From assembly GCA_014728035.1 (NCBI GenBank), contig WJMJ01000101.1, positions 57,358-121,357 of the forward strand: a DNA stretch of 64,000 nt, given 5' to 3'. Positions 19,701-28,519 of this stretch are shown piece after piece (within the stretch, counting starts at the first letter, position 1; each line of letters starts with the position of its first letter). Below the pieces are notes generated by a model that did not search any database, was not told the origin of the DNA, and saw only the letters and a program-made list of their open reading frames with translations. The translations under genes were made by a program, and so were the position numbers. The DNA is from Promethearchaeota archaeon. GTDB lineage: Archaea; Asgardarchaeota; Thorarchaeia; Thorarchaeales; Thorarchaeaceae.

Positions 19701-20511
19701 GAGTAGCTTATCGTCATCAAGTTCAAGTAGTTTAAGCTCATCATCAAGTAAATCAAGCAGTTTTTCATCATCGAGTTCAAGTAGTCTATGTGATTTTACA
19801 GGCGGCATTGATAGCAACACGGTGCTGATGCTGCATGCGGACGGCACTGATGGGTCGACTTCGTTCCCAGATGATTCTGATTCTAACCACACTGTTACTG
19901 CAAATGGCGACGCTCAGGTTGACACAGCAGTTAAGGTATTTGGAACCGGCTCCGCCCAATTTGATGGCACTGGAGATTATCTGTCAGTACCCAATTCTAA
20001 TGATTGGGATTTTGGTTCAGACGATTTCACGATTGATGGTTGGATTTACCCAACAGGCCCATCTAGTAATTTTGAGACTCCGCTTTGCATTGACAAGAAC
20101 GCACAGCACCAAGCGTACAGATACCTTATTGATATTTACATCAATTCAAGCGACATCTTCCGGGTGAATGTGTCGGACGGGGCGTCAACGTATGTGGCGA
20201 GCGCGACCACAGATGTCCGTGGCGCTTGGCACCACTTCGCGGCTGTCCGAGACGGCAACACCCTCCGGTGGTTTATCGATGGCGTGCAGGAGGACACAGT
20301 TGATGTTACCGGTGTAACGGTGAATTTTGATTCTTCAATGGTAGTCAATATCGGCGCTCGTACAGACGCTGCAGAACCATTCCAGGGTTATCTTGATGAA
20401 ATTCGAATTTCCAAGGGCGTGGCTCGTTGGACCAGTAATTTCACTCCACCATGTGGACCATATACCGCAGTTGAGAGTTCATCATCAAGCAGTTCGAGTA
20501 GCTTATCTTGA
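16714..20511 (+). CDS. Baseplate wedge / tail protein I-like protein with poly-Ser linker and C-terminal LamG (concanavalin A-like) domain
   Basis: LIPYLAYLIGI, LKGSRRAIIELFRIFG (P2 gpI-like); DFTIDGWIY, WHHFAAVR, GYLDEIRISKGVAR (LamG). Confidence 0.75.
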   Translation: MARSAQPYFYRYPHQNNRTGWQPVWVGTVLIAPWRRDKFGNSISGSGIIELTFGIEQIAGARVAGHDHIGVFKPDFNLLNITISPVELEESYIDLDTVSFYTADGTPIDRSEADEGDYFELVIARGVVDRVPYLPDADYYDLSSYQLEVENLEHDRYNFVWQAQYHPRVVDSNDDFLCINVDHVSLARLESILAHPGEVHAEMVSKTPPFYFESEDRSSDPLIQLYRPFADALQDIFDEQTLLRGLNWVDNIPGQLIPYLAYLIGIDLPYFQTADDKIRRSIVRRGTYLQKLKGSRRAIIELFRIFGFTIDLINLWSSQDGSRFIAPNENINDSSQQITTEDICQVDPILVGYTDEGFGQLDIPLLYRNNNDAITVDIWLVRNDSNLKTSLDDALESINTDPEAFADDVCVRDASGAIIPRKLLEVVRNKSGSIGYSHLYLSDNVVQSEYHTGLAPLTNNSITYDQDTNVMNLTFGRYQEFDGYSAYAFVSYEHTKISIPISLQNLQSNRFDINIISRSGVDIDSNLYEYLLDLLFNFKAFHSLLRKISYVVDILDVYNVTDYCVGGASQDDPRFDAGNLQIPPAILPTDETDIDCDDDIRDRGFKEDDLTLRQKIITSLRNEYEAWQFLINTHKITSQDRNDLSKVSDLSAANVDPDDDGYNEEGQNRVKFESDFDPDHGPDNREIVRDVDNPPTDHCYKGRVEQNLVVERVIPLVEQVRCKPCTLMPGRGVYYTHNISNPTPQEFGFLGGLQSRYGNSNLQFDTRHFVDTFDARPAYFRPSLDIQKDTSHFPGHRFICGNRLLTDFVHPEWRAHPWDYNEPCDCDDSEFNPLNAYLTEGTDGDEWLIFDDIAQSWEGNGLEPDLASLGDQTTDYSFTHELYTTQPESHPSITLDRVTFTDDESIYSDGEAIYDSASECASFGDFRDGYPSESDNYTISAYEFVVKVGPHADLFEAMGIPGVYLGSSSSSSSSSSSSSLSLSSSSSSSNLSSSSSSSLSSSSSSSLSSSSSKSSSFSSSSSSSLCDFTGGIDSNTVLMLHADGTDGSTSFPDDSDSNHTVTANGDAQVDTAVKVFGTGSAQFDGTGDYLSVPNSNDWDFGSDDFTIDGWIYPTGPSSNFETPLCIDKNAQHQAYRYLIDIYINSSDIFRVNVSDGASTYVASATTDVRGAWHHFAAVRDGNTLRWFIDGVQEDTVDVTGVTVNFDSSMVVNIGARTDAAEPFQGYLDEIRISKGVARWTSNFTPPCGPYTAVESSSSSSSSSLS
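19612..19785 (+). repeat. Poly-serine coding tract (58 aa)
   Basis: Direct translation. Confidence 0.95.
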
Positions 20512-21827
20512 ATGGTAGTGATGAATACCTCAGCAAGACACCAACAGCTGGTAATAGAACCACATGGACTTATTCAATATGGGCATTAAGGGATACACTT
20601 AGTACATCACAATGCTTGCTTGCTGGCGGTACAAGTGGTAATGATGATACAACTCTACACTTTAATTCAGATAAAATTCAAATCTATGATTATACCGGAT
20701 CAATAAACTTTAATTTAAATAGCACCAGCACATATATTAGCGTGGACAGATGGTATCACTTCTTGTTTGTTTATGATAGCACACAGGCAACAAGTAGTGA
20801 TCGTATTAAGATATATGTTGATGGTACACAAATAACTGCATTTGATACTGAAACTTATCCTTCACAGAATTATCAGAGTCGTATAAGTTCAAATAGTACC
20901 CATGCTATAGGGCGTAAGCATAATACTGGATCGGAATTTCTAGATGGTAAAATAGCAGAAGTATATTTCATTGATGGTCAGGCAAAAGCACCAAGTGATT
21001 TTGGTTATGATAATGGTGGCACTTGGACGCCTAAGGCATATGCAGGCACATTTGGATCAGAGGGATTTTATCTAGATTTTGAAAATAGTAGTGATCTTGG
21101 TGCTGATGTTAGTGGTAATAACAATGACTGGACTACCAACAATATTGATTCTTCCAATCAATCTACAGATGTGCCACCATCAATCATAGTTGATTTGATG
21201 AGTATTGATTTCAATACTACCACTAGAGGCGTGTATATATACGATGAAGTGACAACAACAATTACTGATAGTTTTGCGCATCCAAATAATAATCCTAGCG
21301 GTGCCACTTATGATGGATCCAATCTTATCACATGTGGAGAGGCCGGATCCACAGACAGAATTTATATTCATAGTGGCATATCTAGCACAATAAGTGATAG
21401 TTTTGCATCGCCAGATGCATCACCAAATGGCTTGACTTATGATGGAACAGATCTAATCAGTTCGAGTCGCGCTGCTGGCAATATATTTATACATGATGGT
21501 ATAACATCCACTGTACAAAGTAGTTATAATGGTCCTGATCTATATCATTCTGGTTTGGCACATGATGGCACTAACCTCATTAGCACTGGATTTAATGGCG
21601 ATAAGATATATATTCATTCTGGATTGAGTAGCACTATTACAGATAGTTTTTCTACACCAGGTACCGTCCCATATGGTCTAACATATGATGGAAAACATTT
21701 GTTATCATGTGATTATGGTACAAATAGAATATATATGCACGATGGAATTAGTTCCACCATAATTCATTCTTTTGCAACTCCGGGCAATGATGCTAGTGGC
21801 TTAGCAACTACTGGTAGCCCGTGGTAA
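20508..21827 (+). CDS. LamG domain plus 5-repeat beta-propeller, putative receptor/carbohydrate-binding protein
   Basis: WYHFLFVYD, DGKIAEVYFIDG, GFYLDF; five ~41-aa repeats of type GLTYDGxxLISxxxxxxRIYIHxGISSTIxxSF. Confidence 0.75.
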   Translation: MNGSDEYLSKTPTAGNRTTWTYSIWALRDTLSTSQCLLAGGTSGNDDTTLHFNSDKIQIYDYTGSINFNLNSTSTYISVDRWYHFLFVYDSTQATSSDRIKIYVDGTQITAFDTETYPSQNYQSRISSNSTHAIGRKHNTGSEFLDGKIAEVYFIDGQAKAPSDFGYDNGGTWTPKAYAGTFGSEGFYLDFENSSDLGADVSGNNNDWTTNNIDSSNQSTDVPPSIIVDLMSIDFNTTTRGVYIYDEVTTTITDSFAHPNNNPSGATYDGSNLITCGEAGSTDRIYIHSGISSTISDSFASPDASPNGLTYDGTDLISSSRAAGNIFIHDGITSTVQSSYNGPDLYHSGLAHDGTNLISTGFNGDKIYIHSGLSSTITDSFSTPGTVPYGLTYDGKHLLSCDYGTNRIYMHDGISSTIIHSFATPGNDASGLATTGSPW

Positions 21828-21851
21828 AATATACTCCAGAGGAAATTGATA

Positions 21852-22664
21852 ATGTCAGCTGGAACTGATGGCTATACTTTTGAATTTGTGGCGCGGATGG
21901 GTTCTGGTGTTCGTGTATATCAAGATGATTATAATTATCATAGATGGAAGGGGTATAGATTCGATTGTGGATGCCTGCAGTTTGAATGTGGCACAGAAGG
22001 GACTGGTGAGGTAACTGGTACAGAACCTATCACAAGAGATAGAATTTGTAATATTGGTTTGTTTCAGGATAATAATCAAAATGACTGGAATTGTGATAAG
22101 GTAGAAATTGAAGGCAAAATATTATTAGAAGAAACTTTTGGTGCACATATGCACCAAGCTGATGGTGAACTAGCCAATTTATTGGTAGCTGATGGGTCAA
22201 TCCCGCAAAATGGATCATATGATTATGTTGATGACTATGGACTCATATACCATGTGGAATGGGAATCGGCCAACAATAGAATTGATATTATCTCCGAAGT
22301 ATTCGACCCACGAGTATGGGGAGAGGATGAACAAGGGTTCATAGAAAACAGAAGAGTTTACAGGCGTGGTATTGTTACCATTACACGCCAGATAATAATG
22401 AACACGCCATACGGATATATGGTTACTGCAGAAGGATCAGAGCAATATATAGATACCAGGCAGACAAATTATATCTGTCCAGATACTAAACCAGATGATC
22501 CGTTTACCAAGCATTTAGATAGCATGGTAAGAGACGATATTGATAATATCGTGGTTACTGGTGCGCGGTGGGGTGATGTAGACGAATCAACAGATTCTGA
22601 TAATAAATGGTCTGGTGTGGGTGGTTCAGACGGTGGTATGTATTGGACAAATGTGTGGGCCTAA
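21852..22664 (+). CDS. Putative baseplate-associated structural protein
   Basis: ATG 21852 with GAGG RBS; acidic, Gly/Thr-rich. Confidence 0.6.
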   Translation: MSAGTDGYTFEFVARMGSGVRVYQDDYNYHRWKGYRFDCGCLQFECGTEGTGEVTGTEPITRDRICNIGLFQDNNQNDWNCDKVEIEGKILLEETFGAHMHQADGELANLLVADGSIPQNGSYDYVDDYGLIYHVEWESANNRIDIISEVFDPRVWGEDEQGFIENRRVYRRGIVTITRQIIMNTPYGYMVTAEGSEQYIDTRQTNYICPDTKPDDPFTKHLDSMVRDDIDNIVVTGARWGDVDESTDSDNKWSGVGGSDGGMYWTNVWA

Positions 22665-22688
22665 TGGTGCAAAAATAAGTAAGCAATT

Positions 22689-22964
22689 ATGTCTACTGAT
22701 CTTATAGAACTATTTCTTGATCGTATGAGCATTGAGGCACAGGACATAGATCCTGCAGGAACGGAATTTGTTTATGGTGATGCCGAATGCGAGATTAAAT
22801 CGGTCAATGAGGATACAGTGCAGCTGACTATTAATGGTAGTAATTTCGTGTCAGATGACATAAGTGAATTGGAATCTTACTTTGATACTGAGTTCGACAT
22901 AACACGCGAGAGGAATATTGACGAACTGGCGAGGGAGCTTCGTGTTGCATTCAAAGATGGATAA
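22689..22964 (+). CDS. Hypothetical protein
   Basis: 91 aa, co-linear in the structural block. Confidence 0.6.
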   Translation: MSTDLIELFLDRMSIEAQDIDPAGTEFVYGDAECEIKSVNEDTVQLTINGSNFVSDDISELESYFDTEFDITRERNIDELARELRVAFKDG

Positions 22965-23427
22965 TATATTAGAAGATCTCCAGGAAATTCGAAGTCAGAT
23001 GCGAGATCTGATTGCAACGAAGCGTGATTTGATGGATAGGTTGGATGCTGACCCATCCAATAAAGCATTACGATCCAAATTGGATGATATACAATTTAAG
23101 ATCAGATCTGCTAATGAACAATGGAAAGAAGAGGCTATTGTACAAGATCCAAACCCATCTAGGGAGGATATTAAACAATTATTCTTAGCACACGCCGCCA
23201 AGGCATCTGCCGGTGAATTGCGCGGATCTGATCTTAAGATATGGGAGAAGCTGAAAACCAAACTCCCCAATGGTGTTGTTGATAAGATAATCAGTATGTT
23301 ACGCGATGCTGCGACAGCCACAATGCAAGAGGATCAATATAAATATCCAAATCGCAAACATATTAGAAAGCAATCGTTATTCAGATCATCATTCAATAAG
23401 AGTAGATCATTCGGCGGAAGAAGTTGA
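22957..23427 (+). CDS. Hypothetical coiled-coil protein
   Basis: ATG 22957 overlapping the upstream ORF end. Confidence 0.6.
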   Translation: MDNILEDLQEIRSQMRDLIATKRDLMDRLDADPSNKALRSKLDDIQFKIRSANEQWKEEAIVQDPNPSREDIKQLFLAHAAKASAGELRGSDLKIWEKLKTKLPNGVVDKIISMLRDAATATMQEDQYKYPNRKHIRKQSLFRSSFNKSRSFGGRS

Positions 23428-23454
23428 TGTATTAAAGATATATAAGGACATTTA

Positions 23455-24087
23455 ATGACATTACCTGATAATAGAATAAAATTCCCATCAACAGAGGTTG
23501 ATTTCAACAATGACGTAGGTACTACTGGTCAGGACCACGATAATTATCCGGAAGAAGACACACAAGCCAGATATGATTGGATACGATTATATCTGATTGG
23601 ATTACTAGCAAACCAAGCATCATATGAAGAGCCTGTTAATTATCGTCAAGGCTCTATATGGATGAATTTAACCGATGGATACTTTAGATTCTATAATGGC
23701 AGTGATTTCTCACCAATGGCACATGCGTTGGGTGTGCCTGGAGACGTGGCATCTGCTACGGAAGAGAGCCTCTATAGTTGGATTGTAGCTGCCAACGAAC
23801 GATTATCAAGCATACGCAAGAATGCAACTTTTAGTGGTGTTGCTAATGTTGATGCCTCATCTATCAGTATCCCAGATGAGGCCAAAGATGCAGCAGCAGA
23901 TGATGGTACCCACCCATTCTTATATAAGAATGGTAGATTGGTTGATCCAAGATTGACATCATATAATGTTGGATGCCCAGTCGTGGTCGAACTTACCGGC
24001 AATGCTGTTTTAAGTAGTGGTGATACTTTCACAGTGATCATACAGCGCATGGATACAGTTGTGTCTGAATCCGTAATCATCGATTGA
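23455..24087 (+). CDS. Putative structural protein
   Basis: 210 aa, AAGGA RBS; GSIWMN..DGYFRFYNG fibre-type motif. Confidence 0.6.
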   Translation: MTLPDNRIKFPSTEVDFNNDVGTTGQDHDNYPEEDTQARYDWIRLYLIGLLANQASYEEPVNYRQGSIWMNLTDGYFRFYNGSDFSPMAHALGVPGDVASATEESLYSWIVAANERLSSIRKNATFSGVANVDASSISIPDEAKDAAADDGTHPFLYKNGRLVDPRLTSYNVGCPVVVELTGNAVLSSGDTFTVIIQRMDTVVSESVIID

Positions 24088-24095
24088 GGATAGAT

Positions 24096-25112
24096 ATGAA
24101 TATACTTAATCTAGAGGAAAAGATCGACCCAAAATATCGGGGTGAGATAGAAATTATTATAAAAGACCGCAATGGCAATGTGATAGAGCGTGTGGTTGAA
24201 CCAAATATCGTCAAGATATTTGCCAAAGAAATATTGTCACACACAATGCCATTCTCTAAGGTGTGGGATCCAAATGCATCCTCTGGATCTGGTGGGTGGG
24301 TAGATTCTGAAATAGACCCCAATGAAGATTTTGCTGTAAAGTACATCCTATTGGGGGCATCATTTGATGCCAATGGTATTCCATTGGATACCGAGGATAC
24401 AAGATTTTACACTCTAGACCCTGTGACTGATACATATAAACCAATACGGTTGGAACCTGGTGCCTGGTATGATGGTGGTTTGATAAATGCTATCCCCATC
24501 GCAGACCCAGACCGTCCTCTCAAGCGTATTGAGAGGTTTAGTTTTGAACCCACATATCAACCAGCTGGTTCGCCATTGTTGCAGGAAGACGTTAGAGCGA
24601 TCAACAATGTGTTGAAAGCAGAGACGACTTTGCGCACTGACGAGTATAATGGATTTGGTTTAACTGATACTGATTTTTTCACTATTACAGAAGTAGCACT
24701 GGCGGCTGGTAAGACTATTGATGGTCTGGACTCCTGTGATTGCACACCACGTGAATTATTCCTTGATGGCCCATACCCAGCCACTCTAACCGGTGGTGAT
24801 GTAGTTACTTTGGATGATACTTCTGATGTGTTGTCCATTACGGCAGGAGATCAAATCAAAATCACAGGTGCTGGTAGTGAGGAAGATTTGGATCAGGTCA
24901 CTCCATTTTATCTCGTTCTCGATAAAGCGGAGACTGGTAGAGATATTCAGCTTGATAGAGTCCCAGTTGATGCTGATAATGATCCACTTACCGGGTCGGT
25001 GCAGTTGTGGAGGGACACATTGCGCATATTTAGCCACCGAATATTATCAAGCCCAGTGAAGAAAAGTAATGTTTTTGAGATTACCATCCGCTGGTCGATA
25101 ATATTCAATTAG
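24096..25112 (+). CDS. Tail-collar/baseplate fibre-attachment-like protein
   Basis: GEIEIII...NIV, ITEVAL, KKS...IRWSIIF pattern. Confidence 0.55.
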   Translation: MNILNLEEKIDPKYRGEIEIIIKDRNGNVIERVVEPNIVKIFAKEILSHTMPFSKVWDPNASSGSGGWVDSEIDPNEDFAVKYILLGASFDANGIPLDTEDTRFYTLDPVTDTYKPIRLEPGAWYDGGLINAIPIADPDRPLKRIERFSFEPTYQPAGSPLLQEDVRAINNVLKAETTLRTDEYNGFGLTDTDFFTITEVALAAGKTIDGLDSCDCTPRELFLDGPYPATLTGGDVVTLDDTSDVLSITAGDQIKITGAGSEEDLDQVTPFYLVLDKAETGRDIQLDRVPVDADNDPLTGSVQLWRDTLRIFSHRILSSPVKKSNVFEITIRWSIIFN

Positions 25113-25129
25113 TATTGTAGGAGATCATA

Positions 25130-26851
25130 ATGCCACAAATAAATCCCAGTCTGGTGCCAACAGTAAGCCCAGGTAACCTGTTCAGTAGGCTTACTTCTGA
25201 CCCCAGTCTTGCTATACGTTGGTTAACTTCAGTTGATCCTGTATATTTTGAAGCATGGAATAGACCGTTAGCCGATGAGGCCATGCGTCAATTAATTATT
25301 GCCAAATCGCTGGATCAAGTTAGTCTTCGTTTAGGACACCAGACATATTTCCCATTCTTGGTTCAGCCAGTTATTACTGGTGGTATGGATGTGCCTCTAT
25401 CTTGGATATGGGATGTGCATTCATCAGTACCCGCAAAATGGGAGAATTTGAGATTAGCACGCATTAAGAGAGTGAGTGGTAGTAATCCTGGAGGGTCTGG
25501 TGGTTCTGAGGATTACACCGGAACTCTGAGATTGGTATTCACTGCCAATCAATCAGGGTCGACAACTGAAGTTGCCCTCTTTACTCTTGATTATGATATT
25601 GGTTCCACACTTACATATCAACGTGTGGATGTTGTTGTGTCTACCGAAGAGACCATTAACGTAGACCCAAGTGAAGCGGATACCATATCAGGTTTTGCGA
25701 TTTTCCGCACTCTTGATCTTAGTGACTCTACAGTACAGTCGTTTCTCGATTTTGTTGAACCACCCACAGATACGACTGATTCTGATAGTGACGGCGAATT
25801 TGATAATCCAGCAGTATATACGATAATCGATTCAAGCCCAGGTGTATTTGGTATGGCAGCATTGCCACATGGTACTGGTGTATTGGTGGATTCGGCATCC
25901 AATTCTATACCTGATACTGCAGCGCAGATAGCCAGTTGGGTTTCTGCATTTAACTATCCATTCAGATATACAGCCACCAGAAAATCGACTTCACCAGTAG
26001 TCATCGAAATACCAGCAGGTTTGTTCTATGAGTTTGATATTACAGCACCAGCTGGCGATGAGCCGGATGGAGACACATCTGGAACATATTATCCAGTGTG
26101 GATAAGTCGTGTCGTTCGTGAAGATGTGTCGGCTGATACTCTGACATTTTATTTTGCAACTTATGCTATTGTTGATGAAAATCCGTCAACAGCACCAGTA
26201 GAATTTGCCACATTGACTCTGGAGCGTACATTTACATCCGGGCAGGTGGTTGAAATTGAATCAATTGATAATCTATATAATGTAACTGGAACAAATTCTG
26301 ATTTGTTCAATCAGCATTTTGGCCGTGGACATGTGATGCTGAGCAGTCTGTGGGGTGGTACAGGCGATACTGTTACCGACTTTTTCGATGCATTTCTTAC
26401 AATAGTTGGAGATCCAGCACAAATCGAATTCGTTTCTGGAAACTCCATACTTTCTAGTTATGGAATCAGTCGTGTACCCAAATATGTACCAACATTGGGT
26501 GAGAATCAGGCACTGAAAGGTAGTAGTGCTACCAGAGAAGACAATCCAACACACCCCAGCGATGACAATCGATATGTAACACAAGATGATCAGGGACTTG
26601 GAGATCGGGTAGATTTTGAATCTATATCTGGTATTAGTAGTAATGCCGATATTGAACGATATGGTTATAAGGGTGGGCTTGTCTGTCGTAAGGTGAAGCT
26701 GATTGTGAATTCGTCTGGCACCAGCCATAATTATGAAGATGATGTGTTGCCGAGACTAAGGTGTTTGCTTGGCCGAGACCCAATATTTGGAGATGAATAC
26801 TGGGATGGTACTAGATGGTTCAAGTTCAATGGTGACACCTGGACCGGTTGA
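25130..26851 (+). CDS. Putative virion structural protein
   Basis: 573 aa, AGGAG RBS, S/T/D-rich. Confidence 0.65.
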   Translation: MPQINPSLVPTVSPGNLFSRLTSDPSLAIRWLTSVDPVYFEAWNRPLADEAMRQLIIAKSLDQVSLRLGHQTYFPFLVQPVITGGMDVPLSWIWDVHSSVPAKWENLRLARIKRVSGSNPGGSGGSEDYTGTLRLVFTANQSGSTTEVALFTLDYDIGSTLTYQRVDVVVSTEETINVDPSEADTISGFAIFRTLDLSDSTVQSFLDFVEPPTDTTDSDSDGEFDNPAVYTIIDSSPGVFGMAALPHGTGVLVDSASNSIPDTAAQIASWVSAFNYPFRYTATRKSTSPVVIEIPAGLFYEFDITAPAGDEPDGDTSGTYYPVWISRVVREDVSADTLTFYFATYAIVDENPSTAPVEFATLTLERTFTSGQVVEIESIDNLYNVTGTNSDLFNQHFGRGHVMLSSLWGGTGDTVTDFFDAFLTIVGDPAQIEFVSGNSILSSYGISRVPKYVPTLGENQALKGSSATREDNPTHPSDDNRYVTQDDQGLGDRVDFESISGISSNADIERYGYKGGLVCRKVKLIVNSSGTSHNYEDDVLPRLRCLLGRDPIFGDEYWDGTRWFKFNGDTWTG

Positions 26852-26974
26852 TCTGGTCAACAACAATCAATAAACTGTGTATTTGATGCACAAATGACAT
26901 ACATACAGTTGTTGTGCATGTTGACTCATAATATATCCAATTCTCACAAATATAATAAAGATTGGAGCGTATAA

Positions 26975-28519
26975 ATGAGTCAACTCCCCCAATTTCCATT
27001 TGCAGGACAAATACTGATTGATTTTTATGGTGTGCAGTGGCAATATGATCCAATAATTGATGGATGGAAGAGGCTGGGAGATAAAGAAGACGTTCCAATA
27101 GCTGATGGAACACAATCTGGCCTTCTCAGCCCAATACTGAAAAATAAAATTGATGGCATACCTGATAGGGGTGGTGGGTGTGGCATCATCGTAAAACCAT
27201 TGAAGAGAAATCTTGATAATTCAGATGGTATGTTGGTAGGCGATATCAATCTTACCAGTCATTCGTTGGATATTACGTGTGTCGATAGTAATGGTGAGGA
27301 AATAGCAGAGAACTGTTTACCAGATGTAGAAGTGTCTGCGGACGAACGCCAACCGGGATTTAACTTCCAAATAAAACAGAAGACATTGGATGGGTTATGT
27401 ATCAGAGTGCCTGGGATTCCAGGACCTAAAGGACCACAGGGAGACAAAGGAGATCCTGGACAACCAGGCACTGGTGATGGTCCACAGGGCGAACAGGGTG
27501 TTCCTGGTAAAGATGAAACAGAACCTGGGACATTTACGGGAGTGAAAATACTGGACGATCCCGGCATTTATGATAATGCTGTGGTGGGGTTGGATCTAGA
27601 TGCTGACAATGGCATTTTAAATGTCATAAAATCCAAAGTCAGAGTTCCAACAGACAACACACCCGCGAATCAGGTTATAGCTCAACAGATATCAAGAGAC
27701 ATTGTATTTACCGGTGATAGATGGGATTTTCAATTGGGTAGACCGTCTGGAGATCCGTTAGAGGAAACAGACCCAGATATTCTGCATATGCCAGCTGGGT
27801 TTGAACCAGATGGGAATACCAACACCGAACTTAGTTCTAAGAAATTAAGCACAATATTACAACATGTCATAAATAGATATGACGATGATCTGCAGATTGT
27901 GGAAGCACAATACGATAAAGAATTGAGAGATTATATTCTTTCCAAGGACGAGGAATGTCGTAATATTCTCGCTGCTCTAGCACAACAGTTATCAGAATGT
28001 GAATGGAAGCTACCCATAGACTTCTGTCTTGGCATTAGCCCCGGTGATTGTATCCCAGATGAATCTGGCACTGAAGGTGTATTGAATTGCATACGACGAG
28101 ATTCCATAGAAGTTATTGAATCGGTTCAAGATTTTGATTATGTGGATTATAGTAATCCATCGGCACCTGTACTTATTGATATTGACGCCACTGATGCACT
28201 GTTGAATGCTGGTGGTGGTGCAATAGAAGCCGTTGATGTGACTGTGGATTATGAAAATGGTGCTGGCCCAGATACCTGGGAAATTATATATATGGGCAAC
28301 ACTCTGGCCGAGCAGACTGATTCTGGTAGTGGGTCGTTCAGTGGGTCGGCTACTGGTAGTTCACCCATTGTGCAGATTAAGGTGACTCCTGGAGATAGTG
28401 GTACTGCGTGGTCAGGCACAATAACAGCAACATTTGATATATGTGTGTTTAGTAATCCTTCGCCAGGACCAATCACGGAAGCACCAGTCATAGTTGAATA
28501 TAAAGATGAGGACGCATGA
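26975..28519 (+). CDS. Collagen-repeat fibre protein
   Basis: GIPGPKGPQGDKGDPGQPG...; N-terminal domain shared with 14963 and 28516. Confidence 0.7.
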   Translation: MSQLPQFPFAGQILIDFYGVQWQYDPIIDGWKRLGDKEDVPIADGTQSGLLSPILKNKIDGIPDRGGGCGIIVKPLKRNLDNSDGMLVGDINLTSHSLDITCVDSNGEEIAENCLPDVEVSADERQPGFNFQIKQKTLDGLCIRVPGIPGPKGPQGDKGDPGQPGTGDGPQGEQGVPGKDETEPGTFTGVKILDDPGIYDNAVVGLDLDADNGILNVIKSKVRVPTDNTPANQVIAQQISRDIVFTGDRWDFQLGRPSGDPLEETDPDILHMPAGFEPDGNTNTELSSKKLSTILQHVINRYDDDLQIVEAQYDKELRDYILSKDEECRNILAALAQQLSECEWKLPIDFCLGISPGDCIPDESGTEGVLNCIRRDSIEVIESVQDFDYVDYSNPSAPVLIDIDATDALLNAGGGAIEAVDVTVDYENGAGPDTWEIIYMGNTLAEQTDSGSGSFSGSATGSSPIVQIKVTPGDSGTAWSGTITATFDICVFSNPSPGPITEAPVIVEYKDEDA

